Below are positions 41,066 to 53,129 of a stretch of DNA of 64,000 bases, in pieces; positions within the stretch are counted from its first letter, which is position 1; each line of letters begins with the position of its first letter. Source of the DNA: the human T2T-CHM13v2.0 reference genome, Homo sapiens. The stretch is from the NCBI RefSeq assembly GCF_009914755.1, contig NC_060926.1; one strand, given 5' to 3'. The translations under genes were made by a program, and so were the position numbers. The notes below the pieces were generated by a model, which ran no database searches, was not told the DNA's origin, and saw only the letters and a program-made list of their open reading frames with translations.

Positions 41066-42455
41066 CATTTTTTCTCTTTTAAATTTACTTTAATTGACAT
41101 ATAATAAATGTACATGTTATGGGGTACAGAGTGATATTTTGATATATTTATGCAATGCATAAAGATCAAGTCACAGTCATTATCATATCCACTACCTAAA
41201 TCATGTATTATTTCTTTGCAGTGAGAATATTCAAAATCTTTTATTTTAGTTATTTGAAAACACACAATAAATTCCCGTTAACTACAGTCACCCAACAGTG
41301 CTGTAGAGAACTAGAACTTCTTCCTTCTCTCCAGCTGTAATTTTGTATGTACTAACCACATTTTTCTTATACTCTTCTTTCTCCTACTCTTTCCAGGATA
41401 TGGTAACAAAAACTCTACTATCTACTTCTACGAGATTAAAAATCTTAGCTTCCATACATAAGTGAGAACACATAGTTATGTGGTGTTTATGTTTCTATGC
41501 CAGGCTTATTTCACCTAACATAATGCCCTCCACTTGCATTCTTGTTGCCACAAATAACAGGATTTTGTTCTTTATTATGACTAAATAGTATTCCATTATA
41601 TATGTATGTCACATTTCTTTATCCATTCATCTGTTGATGGACACTTTTGTTGATTCCATATCTTGGCTATTGTGAATAGTGTTGTAATGAACATGCGGGT
41701 GCAGGTAACTCTTTGATATACTGATTTTCTTTCCTTTGGATATATACTGAAAACCATATGATTAAATTAATAAACACAATAAAAGCATTTGGCAAAATTA
41801 AATATTCTTACATGACAAAAAACTTCTCAACAATTTAATATAGAAAATATATGCCTTAACACAAAGGACATAAAGGACAAATCTACAGCTAAGATCATAC
41901 TGAGTGTGAAAAAGGTGAAAGATTTTACTGTGAACAAGAAAAGATTTTATTGTAAGAAGAAAAGGATGCCTATTTTCACCAATCATATTTCACATAGTGA
42001 AAGTCTTAGCCAGGACAATTAGGTGAGAGAAAGAAATAAAGGACATCTGAAATGGAAAGGAGACAGTCAAATTGTCCCTGTTTAAAGACAATGTGATCTT
42101 ATACACAGAAAAAAATAAGATGCTACCAAAAGCTTCTTAGGGTGATACATGAAATTAATAAAGTTGCAGGATATAAATCAACATACAAAAATCGGTAGCA
42201 TTTCTATATATTGATAGTAAACTAGCTGAAACAAGAAATTAAGAAAGCAATTCCTTTTACAATAGCTACAAAAATGTACTTAGAAATAAATTTAAGCAAG
42301 CAAGTAAAAGATTTCGACAACAAAAATGACAAATATTAATGAAAGAAATTAAAGAAAACACAAAAAAGGAAAGATATCCATGTTTATAGATTGAAATAAC
42401 TAATATTCTTAAAATGACCCACTATCCTATGTGATTTACAAATTTAGTACAATCA
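41066..42455. mobile_element. Old L1: minus-strand 3' end (41066-41748) abutting a plus-strand ORF2 piece (41749-42455)
   Basis: …TTCCTTTGGATATATACTG | AAAACCATATGATT…AAAAGCATTTGGCAAAATT…AAAGTTGCAGGATATAAATCAACATACAAAAATC. Confidence 0.85.
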
Positions 42456-43167
42456 CTAGCTTGTATTTTTAAAAGCACCTTTGCTGCATATTCTTAACAT
42501 ATTCAATGACAATGCCTGGATTTAAGTTTGAGGTATTATTGTATCTATTTTACATTGGGCACAATATAATGTTATCAGAGGTAACGGTTTTGATTGGTCC
42601 TAGGTCATACAGTAATATATACATTGTGATTTATAGACATGCTATCTTTTAATACTCAGGCATTTAGAAAGTTCATTTAGACAAAGTTATAAAAACTTGC
42701 CTTCCTTTCTGCCTATATCACCTAAAAATCCTAATTTAAGAGGTAATAACATTTTTTATTTGATATACAATTTATCAGCACAATAAAAATCTAACAATTA
42801 TCATGTGCAGAGTGTGAAAATCTCATCAGATTAAGGAACACAAAGACATCTTTTTCATATTTCGAATGTAAAACTGTTTTGGACACTGTTTTTTTAGAAA
42901 CAGTTAAAAACATTTTTTCATTAGTTTTTCATGTCAAACTGTGACAACCAGCATGAAATAACTGTCATCACAGAAGCATGGTATATTCGATTCCAAAACA
43001 TATTCTTTGTAAGTTTTAATATATTTATGTATTATTTATACTTAGATTGTAACCCATAATGTAGATATTATTTTTCCTTCAACTCTTAAGAATATTCTTA
43101 AATAATAAAATTAAAATGAATTATAATTTTTGTTGGTTGGGAAAAAGAATAGACACACACGTGACAG

Positions 43168-46100
43168 TGCATCACTTCACCTCATCATTTCATCTCATCA
43201 TTTCATCTCATTTTATCTCATCTCATCATATCATCTCATCATTTCATCTCATCTCATCATTTCATCAAATCTCATCTCATTTCCATTTCATTTTCATTAT
43301 TTCATTTCATCATTTCATTTCACTATTTCATTTCATTTCATCTAATTTCATTTATTTCATTGTGTCACTTCATATCATCTCATTTCATTTCATCTCATTT
43401 TTCATATCATTTTTCATCTCATCACTTCATCTCAATTCATTTCATCTCATCATTTCATCTCCTCATCTCATCATTTCCTCCTTTCATTTCAACATTTCAT
43501 CTCATCATTTCTTCTCATCTCATTTGAATTTCATTTCATTATTTCACCTAATTTCATTATTTCATCTCATCTCAATTCATCTCATCTCATTTCATCTCAT
43601 CATTTTTCATCTCACCATTTAATCTCATTTCATTTCATCTTATCATTTCAGCTCATCATTTCATCTCACCACATCTCTTCATTTCAACATTTCATCATTT
43701 CATCTCATCATTTATCTCATCTCATCTTTCAATTTCATTTCAATATCATTTCATTTCATCATTTCATTTCATCTCATTTCATTATTTCATTATTTCATTT
43801 CATCTCATTTCAATTCATCTCATCATTTTTCATCTCATCATTTTTCATCTCGTCATTTCATCTCATCATCTCCTGTCATCATTTCATCATTTCATCTCAT
43901 TTCTTCTCATCATTTCATCTCATCATTTTATCTCATTTCATCTCACCTCATTTCAGTTTCATTATTTCATTTCATTTCACTTTATTTCATTTCATTTCAT
44001 CTCATCTCATCATTTCATCTCATCTTACCTCATTTCATCTCATCATTTCTTCTCATCTCATCTCATCATTTCATCATTCCATCTCATTTATCTCATCTCA
44101 CCTCATCTCATCATTTCATCTCATCTCATCATTTCATCTCATCTCATCATTTCATCTCATCCTTTCATTTCATCTCATCATTTCTTATTTCATCTCATTT
44201 TATCTCATCATTTCATCTCATCTCATCTCAATTCAATTTCTTTTCATTATTTCATTTCATCTCATTCATTTCATTTCATTACATCTCATCATTTCCTCTC
44301 ATCATTACATCTCATCTCATCTCATCATTTCATCATTTCATCTCATCATTGCATCTCATCATTTCATCTCATCATTCATCTCATCTCATCATTTCCATTT
44401 CATTTCCATTTCATCATTTCATCATTTAATTTCATCATCTCATTTAATTTCACCTCATTTCATTATTTCATTTCATTATGTCATTTTATTTCATCTCCTT
44501 ACATTTCATCTAATTTCATTTCATCTCATATCATCTCATCATTTCATTTCATCTTTTCATCTCATCATTTCATGAACTCATTTCATCTTATCTCATCATT
44601 TCATCATTTCATCTCATCTCGTATCTTCTCATCTCATTTCAATTTCATTTCGTTATTTCATTTATTTCATGTCATGTCATCTCATCATTTCATCTCATCA
44701 CATCTCATCATTTCATCATTTTATTTCATCATTTCATCTTATCATTTCGTCTCATCATTTCAGCTTATCACTTCATCTCATCATTTCATCTCATCTCATT
44801 TCAATTTTATTTCAATTTCATTTCATTTCATTATTTCATTTCGTCTCATTATTTCATTATTTAATTTTATTTCATTTCATCTCATCATTTCATCTCATCA
44901 TCTCATCTTATCTCATCATTTCATCTCATCATTCATCTCATCATTTCATATCATCATTTCATATCATCATTTTATCTCACCATTTCATTTCATCTCATCT
45001 CATCTCATCTCATCATTTCATCTCATTTCATCTCATCTCATTTCATCATTACATCTTATTTCATCTCATTTTATGTCATTTCATGTCATCATTTCATCAC
45101 ATCTCCTCATCATTTCAACTCATTGCATCTCATATCATCATTTCCATTTCATTATTCCATTTCATCATTTCATTTCATTATTTCATTTCATTATGTCATT
45201 TCATCTCATCACATTTCATCTCATCTCATATCATCATTTCATCTCATCTCATCATTTCATCTCATTTCATCTCATTATTTCATCTGATTTCATGTCATCA
45301 TATCATGCCATCATTTCATCTCATTTCATCACATCTCATCTCATCATTTAATCTCATCATTTAATCTCATTTCATCTCATCTCATCATTTCATCATTTCA
45401 TCTCATCATTTCTTCTCATCTCATCATTGCCATTTCATTATTTCATCATTTCATTTCATCATTTCATTATTTCATTTCATCTCATTTCATTATTGCATTT
45501 CATTATGTCATTTCATTTCATCACATTTCATTACATCTCATTTCATTTCATCTCATTTCATCTCATTTCATCTCATCTCATCCCATTTCATCTCATCATT
45601 TCATCTCATTTCATCTCATCATTTCATCTCATCTCATTTCAATTTCATTACATTTCATAATTTCCTTTCATTATTTCATTTCATCTCATTTCATTATTTC
45701 ATCTCATTTCATCTCATTTTTCATCTCATTTTTCATCTCATTTCATCTCATCATTTCATCTCATCATTTCATCTTATCATCTCATCTCATTTCATCATTT
45801 CATCTTATTGTTCATCTCATTTCATCTCATCATTTTATCTCATTATATCATCTCATCTCATCTCATTTCAATTTCATTATTTCATATCATTTCATTTCAT
45901 TATTTCATTTCATTTTATCTCATCATTTCTTCTCATCATTTCATCTCGTTTCATCTCATCATTTCATCCATCATCTCATTTCATCTCATCTCATCTCCTT
46001 TCAATTTCTTTTCAGTTTTGTCATTTTGTCTCATCACTTCATCTCATCATTTATACTCACTATTTCATCTCAAAATTTCATCTCATCATTTCATCTCAAC

Positions 46101-46180
46101 ATTTCATCATTTCATCATTTCATTTCATCATTTCATCTCATCATTTCATCTCATCTCAAGTCATCTTATCATTTCATCTA
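43168..46180 (+). repeat. Diverged pentameric satellite of CATTT, CATCT and CAT units (HSat2/3-related simple satellite)
   Basis: ~3 kb of TTTCATCTCATCATTTCA…, nearly devoid of G on the + strand. Confidence 0.95.
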
Positions 46181-46349
46181 AGTGAAATGATGTAATGGAA
46201 TCATAAAATGAAATGGATAGGATGCCCTCAGTGATGTTAAATTTAAAAATTGTTTCTTTTCATGTATTCATTTTTATATTTATATGTATTTCTATTTATA
46301 TTTACTTATATTTCTTTTTACTTTTTTTAATTATATTTTTACTTATTTA

Positions 46350-46760
46350 TTTATAGACAACGTCCTGTTCTGTGGCCTAGGCTGGAATGCAGTGGTGCAT
46401 TCACAGTTCACTGCAACCTCAAGCAAACCTCCCACCTTAGCCTCCCAGGTAGCTGGGACCCCAGGTGTGCACCACCACACCTGGTTAATATTTTATTACT
46501 TGTAGAGATGGAGACTTGCTATGCTGCCCAGGCTGGTCTCAAACTCCTGGACTCAAGCAATCCTCTTGCCTTGGCAACCCAAAATGCTGGGATTACAGAT
46601 ATGAGCCACAGTGCCCAACCTATTTATTTATTTATTTATTTAATAAAGAAAAGGTCTCACTATGTTGCCCAGGCTGGTCAACTCCTGGACTCAAATGATT
46701 CTTCAAACTTGGCCTCTCAAAATGTTGGGATTACAGGTATGAGCCACCATGCCTGGCCTA
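46350..46760 (-). mobile_element. AluJ plus an adjacent Alu monomer
   Basis: GGCTGGAATGCAGTGG…CCACAGTGCCCAACC; then GGTCTCACTATGTTGCCC…CATGCCTGGCC. Confidence 0.85.
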
Positions 46761-47189
46761 AAAATAGTATTATATTTTTGCATTATATAATTTTCAATTA
46801 GGTAATATGAATATTCTGTACAGGAAATATGCCCTTAATTACACAGGAATAAACATTTGTTATACTGAGAAAAATCTATTAGAGCTAAAAATAAAAATTA
46901 ATTTGGAGAGGTCATTAGACACTCATATATTCTTACGTTTATACATTCTTTCATATATTCATATATTCTTTTAACAGTATCAATGGTTTGGAGTTATGTG
47001 TACAAAACCATGACCTATATGTAATACAACTAATAACAAGCACTTACAATTCAAGGCATATTATATACAAAGCTTTAACTTCTCATCATCATATTTTGTT
47101 TTTTTTTCTTTCTGTTTTGGCAGATACTATGAACACAACATTCAACTCACAGACACTATGGAGCCCTTACTAAGCATAAAGTACTGTGA

Positions 47190-48855
47190 AAGGTCAGGGC
47201 TAGGACAGAACTGAGACAGGGCCAGGGATAGGACAGAACTGGGGCAGGGTCATGGCCAGAGAAAAACCAGGGGCAGGGTCACGGCCAGGGACATGAGAGG
47301 ACCAAGGCCAGGGCCAGAAGTAGGGCAGAACCAGGGCCAGGGCAGGAACATGGCAGGGCCAGGGCCATGGCAGGATCAGGGTCAGCAGAAGGCCAGGGCA
47401 GGGTTAAGGTAGCACAGGGCCAAGACAGGGCAGGGTCAGTGTAGAGCAAGGAACGGGCCAGGGTATGGCAAGGCAGGGACAGGGAGGTCCAGGGCCAGAG
47501 TCAGTTCCAGGATATGGACAGGGCAGGGCCAGAAACATGGCAGGACCAGAAAGGGGACAGGGCAAGGGCAAGGCCAGAAAAGGACCATGGTAAAAACATG
47601 GCCAGGGAGGGTCCAGGGCAAGGGCAAGGCCAGGGCAGAACCAGAGCCAGGGCAGGCCAAAGGCAGGGCCAGGGCAGGGCAATGCCAGGGTGGGGCATGG
47701 CCAGTGTAGGGTGAGGGTAGGGCCAGGGCAAGTTCTGGGCCAGGGCAGGACTAAGATAGCACAGGGCCAAGGCCAAGGACCTGTACTAAGATAGCACAGG
47801 GCCAGGACAGGGCCAAAGGAGGGCCAGGGCCAAGCATGCCCAGTGTGGGGCCTGGGGATTGTCAGGGCCAGGGCCAGGGTCAAGGCTGAGCCAGGGACAG
47901 GGCCAGAGCAAGGGCAGGGCCAGGGAGAAGGCAGAACCAGAGAGGATCCAGAGAAACAGCAGGGCCAGGGCAGAACCAGGACCAGGATAAGGCAAAGCCA
48001 AGGCCAGGGCAGGGCAAGACCAGGGAAGGGCAAGGCCAGGGTAGAAAAGACCAGTGTACAGCCAGGCCAGGGTAGGAAAAGGCCATGGTAGGGCCAAGGC
48101 CAAGGCGGGGCAGGGCTAGGGTAGCACAGGGCATGGCCAAAAACAGGGCAGGGCCATAGCAGTGGCAGGACTAGGAACAGGGCCAGGGCAAGCGCTGGAC
48201 CAGAGCATGGTGGGGACAATACAGGGCCAGGACAGATGACGGGATGGCAGGTCCAAGGTCGTTTCATGGACTCGATAGACCTGGGGTCAGGCCAGGGCAG
48301 GGAAAGTGCAAGGCCAAGGAGAAGGCAGGGTCGGGGCCAAGGCACTGCCAGGGCAGGGCAGGACCAGTGCAGGGTGAGGGCAAGGCCAGGGCATGGAAGG
48401 GCAGGGCAGGACCAAGGAAGGGCCAGGAGAGTACCATGGCAGAGTCAAGGCCAGAACAAGGGTATGGCTGGGGTCAGGAATAAGGTAGGGCAAGGGCTGG
48501 GCTCAGGCTGGGACATGCAGGGCAGAGCATGGCCTGTGCAAGGCAGGGCCAGAGCCAGGCCATAGAGATGGGAGGGCAACACCAAGGCAGAGTCAGGGTA
48601 GATCCAAGGCTGAGCAGAGTCAGGGTGGGTCCAGAGTCGAGGCAGAGCTAGGGCACAAGCAGGGCCATGGCAGCACCAGGGCAGAGGAGGGCAGGGCAAT
48701 GCAGGACTGGGCCATGGCAGTGCCTGGTCAACTGCAGGGCAGGGTCAGAAGCAGGACAGGGCCAGGGCCAATGCTCAAGCCAGGGACAGGTCATGACAGG
48801 AAGTGCCAGAGCAGGGCTGGGCCAATGTAGGGGCAGGGCAAATCAGACCAGGACA
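47190..48855 (+). repeat. CAGGG pericentromeric repeat, block 1
   Basis: Dense degenerate CAGGG/CCAGGG/CAAGG units with strong purine and G skew on the + strand. Confidence 0.93.
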
Positions 48856-48859
48856 CCTC

Positions 48860-49565
48860 CAAGTCCAGCTCTGGCCCTCCCTTGGCCCTGGCCCCTTCCT
48901 GACCTGACCTTGTCCCTGGCCCTGCCCTATCCATGCCCTGTGTGTTTGACCAGTGTTTTATAACCAGAATCCTACAAGAAACTTAAATCAGCTCTTTTTG
49001 TGCATTTTTAGTAGAGATGGGGTTTCACAATGTTGCCCAGGCTGGTTCCAAACTCCTGAGCTCAAGCCATCTGCCTGCCTTGGCCTCCCAAAGTGCTGGG
49101 ATTACAGGAGTAATCTGGCCAAGTATTTAACTTCTTTATGCCTGTTTCCTACATTTGGAAAATGGGGATGCTTTAAGTACCTAGCACATAGAATTATTGT
49201 GAGAATCAATGCCACACATATTAACATATTGATAAAATTATACTCATAGAACAGTACTGGAAGCAGAGATAGTATTAGTTAAAATTTAGTGATTATTTAC
49301 TGTAAATATTATTACTATTACAAACAACATAGTATAGACATTATTACCACTACTATAGTTATCTTAAAAATCTAAAATAAAAATTTTATGTAATAGCCTA
49401 ATGTAATCTCTCCTGCTCTGTCCCGTCTCAGCCCTAGTGCCGGCTCCGCCCCTAGTCCTACCACATCCCTGGCCCTGACCCTTCCCTGGTCCTGCCACTG
49501 CCCTGGCCCTTCCCATCTTCAGGCCTTACCATGGCCCTACCCTGGTCCTGACCCTGGCCCTACCC
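48860..49565 (-). repeat. Inverted CAGGG segment (CCCTG on +) interrupted by a partial Alu, a MIR-like piece and AT-rich DNA
   Basis: CCCTGGCCCTGCCC at 48860-48945 and 49410-49565; Alu left arm at ~48995-49110; MIR-like CCTGTTTCCTACATTTGGAAAATGGGG at ~49140. Confidence 0.85.
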
Positions 49566-50336
49566 CAGAGAAGGGGTATGGCAGAGCCAGGGAAGGGCCG
49601 GGGCAAATAAAGGACGGGACACATCCAAATCCAGGAAAGGGCCAGGGCCATGACAGAGCCAGGGCAAGTCCTTGGCAGGGCCAGGTTCCAGGCCAGGGCC
49701 AGGAAGGGATCATGGCATGGTCACTGTATGGCCAAGGTCCAGGCCAAAGCCAAGGCAGGGGCAGGGTCAGGCCTGCATAAGGGCAGGACCAGAGCCAGTG
49801 ATACAGCAGGGCCAGGTCCAGGGCCAGGACTGTGCCAGGACAGAACAAGAGCAGAGCAGGGCAGGACCAGAGTCAGGCCATAGAGAGAGTAGGGCAAATG
49901 CCAAGGCAAGGCCAGGGTAGTGCCAGGGCTGAGGCAAGGTCAGGGAAGGTCCAGGGCTGAGTCAAGGCTGGAACAAAGACAGGGGTAAAGGCCGGGGCAG
50001 ATCTAGGGCACAAGCAGGGCAGGCTAGGGCAGGGCAATGGCAAGACCAGGCCATGGCAGGGCCAGCCCAGGATAGAACAGGGCACAGGCAGGGCAGCGCC
50101 AGGGCCACGGCTGGGGCAGGACAAGGACCAGGACCGGGGTCCAGGCCAGGGCAAGGGTATGGGCAGGGCAGAGGTAGGGCCAGAACCGGGGTCTGGGCAG
50201 GACCAAGCAGTGTCCATTGCAGGGCCAGGGTTCAGACCAGGGCCAGAGCAGGGCTGGGACAAGGCCAGGGCCAGGAACAGGAAAGGGCAATATCAGGATA
50301 AGAACCATGGCAGGACCAGCAACGGGGCTAGGGCCA

Positions 50337-50368
<32 letters not shown>

Positions 50369-53125
50369 TCAGGGCTAGGGCAAGAATAGCATGCCAGGGT
50401 AGAACCAGGCCAAATTAGGGCCAGGACAGGGTCAGGACCAGGGCTGGGCCAGGATATAGCCTTAAGTAGTGAAGGGCCAGGGCCAGGGTCCATGCCAGTG
50501 CCAGCGCCGGTCCAGGGCAGGGGCAGGGCCATGGCCAGGTCAAGGACAAGTCTGGGGCAGGGCCAAGGTCCAGGTCAGGGTAAGCACAAGACCAGGACAG
50601 AGCCAGGGGAGGGACAGGGCCATGGTAGGGCCAGGTTAAATCAGGGACAAGACACCTGCAAATCCACTTCAGGGCCAGGGTCAGGGCAGGGCCAGTTCAG
50701 GGCCAGGGCCAAGACAAGGCCAGGGCCAGGGCTCTCAGGGTCATTGGCAGGGCCAGGGCCATGGCAGGACCAGGGTCAGAAGCAGGGGTCAATGTCAGGC
50801 CAAGGCCACAGACAGGACCAGGTCTGTGCTAGGGCCAGTGTGAGGGCCAAGGTGGGGTCAGGGCAGGGCCAAAGGGAGGGCAGGGTGGAACAGGCCCAGG
50901 GTAGCACAGGGTTAAGGTAGGGCACGACCAACCAGGGCAGGTCTATGGCTGGGGCCGGGGCAGGGCAAGGGCCGGGGCAGGGCCAGAGCCAGGGCAGGGC
51001 AAAGAGTGGCAGCTCCAGGGCAGGGCCAGGGTTAGGACCATGGACATGTCCAAGGCCAGTGCCAGGGCAAGGACAAGGGCAGGGGCAGGGCCAGTGTCAT
51101 CTAAGAACCAGGGACAAAGCCAGGCCCAGAGCAGGGACAGGACAGGTACCTGGCAGGGCTAGGGTCTGGGACAGGGCCATGGCAGGGCCAGGGCCACAAC
51201 CAGGTCTGTGCTATGGCCAGGTCCAACACAGTGCCCAGGTAAGGCTAGGGTGAAGGCCAAGGTAGGGCCAGGGCAGGGTCAAAGCCAGGCTAGGGCCAAG
51301 GCAGGACCAGGGCCGGCAAGGCAGGGCCAGGAAAGCATAGGGCCAAGGCAGGGCAGGGCCAGGCCAGTGCCAAGACCTGGGCAGGGCCAGGGAACAGCCA
51401 GGGCAGGGCCAGGGCCAGGGCCTGGGCAGTACCAGGTTTGGGGCAGGAGCAAAACAAGGGCAAGAACAGTGCAGGATCTTGGCACAGCCAGGGTCCAGGA
51501 CAGTGTCAGGGCAAGGCCAAGGAAGGGTCAGGGCGATGGTAAGACCAGCAACAGGGCTGGGGCTAAGCCAGTGACAGGACCAGAGTCAGGGCAAGGGCCA
51601 GAGCAGTGCAAGGCCAGGGTAGGGCCAGGCATTTCAGAGTCAGGGCCAGGGGAGAACCAGGGCAAGATCTCAAGCAGGGAAGGGCCAGGGCCAGGACAGG
51701 TCCAGGGCAGGGCCATGACAGGGCCAGGGGCTGTGTTAGGGCAAGGGCAGGGCCAGAGCAAGGTAAGGGTCAGGGCCAAGGCCAGGGTAGGGACAGGGCA
51801 AGAAATATGGCATGACCAGGGGCAAAGCCAAGGCCAAGGTTGGGCCAGGGCTGAGCCAGGGCTGAGTCAAGGCAGGGCAGGGCAGGGCACGGTATGGCCA
51901 GTGCAGGACAGGACAAAAGTCGGTCCACAGAGAGAGCAGGGCTGATGCCAAGAAAGAGCCAGGCTAGTGCCAAGGCTGAGGCAGTGTCAGAGCATGTCCG
52001 GGGCAGGGCCAGGGCCAGGGCCAGAACCGAGCCAGGGCACAGCCAAGGCAGGGTAAGGCAGGGAAATAGCATGGCCGTGTCAGTACTGGGACAGGGCAGA
52101 GCAGGGCAAGGCGATGGTAGGGGCAGGGCAGGGACAGGCCAATGCAGAGCCATGTTACGCTGGGGCCAGGACACCTCCAAGTCCACTTCAGGGCCAGGGC
52201 TATGGCAGGACAAAGACCAGGTCCAGGGTCTGGGCCAGGTCTGTGCTAGGGCCAGCTCCAGAGCAGGGCCTAGCGAAGACTAGGGTGAGGGCCAAGGTAA
52301 GGCCAGGGCAGGATCAAAGGCAGAGTAGGGCCAGGGCAGGGTGATGACACATCCAGAGCACAGTAGGGCAGGTTGATGGCAAGACCAGGGGCAGACCACT
52401 GCCAGCTCAGGGCCAAGGAAAGGCCAGTGCAGAGCCAGGAAAGGGTCAGGGCCAGGTAAAAGGCAGAGCAGGGCTAGGGCCATGGCAGAGTCAGGTCAGG
52501 TCCTTGACAGGACCAGGTTCCAGGCCAGGGCCAGGGCAGCAGCAGGGGCAGGGCCTGGATAAGGGCAGGGCCAGGGATATGGCAGGACCAGGGCTAGGGC
52601 CAGGGCCAGGCCATAGTGAGGGCAGGGCAAAATTCGAGGCAGGGTCTGGGCAGGTCCAGGGAGCGGCCAGCACCAAGCGGGGCAAGGCACAACCAGCACA
52701 GTGTAAGGCAGGGCAGTGGCACCACTGGGCCATGACAGGGCAAGGTCAGTGCCAGGAGAGGGCAGAACAGGCAGGCCCATGGTGGGGCCAGGGAAGGGAT
52801 GGGCCAAAGCAGGACCAGGACATGTCCAAGGCCAGGTCAGGGACAGAACAGGACTAGGACCATGACCACTGGCAGGGCCAGTGCCATGACATGACCAGGG
52901 TCAGGACAAGAGGCAGGGTCAGAGCCAGGGCCAGAGCCAAGATCAGGCCAGTGCAGGTTCATGGCAGGGCCAGTGCCAGGGCAACACCAGGGCAGGGACA
53001 GGGTAGCACAGGGCAGCACAGGGCCAAGACAGGGTCAGGATGGGACCAGAGCAGGATAGGGCCGAGACAGTCCAGGTAACAGTAGGGCAGGTACAGGGCA
53101 AGGCAGGGCAAAGCCAGGCCCATTG
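49566..53125 (+). repeat. CAGGG pericentromeric repeat, block 2
   Basis: Continuous GGGCAGGGCCAGGG-type array; perfect (ACAGGG)5 at 50339-50368. Confidence 0.94.
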
Positions 53126-53129
53126 CCAA

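Noticed and set aside
43116-46185. His/Phe/Ile/Ser-rich ORFs up to 259 aa
   Set aside because: Artefact of a nearly G-free satellite, which can rarely form TAG or TGA.
47190-53125. True Ig class-switch region or CRISPR-like array
   Set aside because: No constant-region exons or GAGCT/GGGGT pentamer pattern; no constant repeats with unique spacers; eukaryotic TE context.
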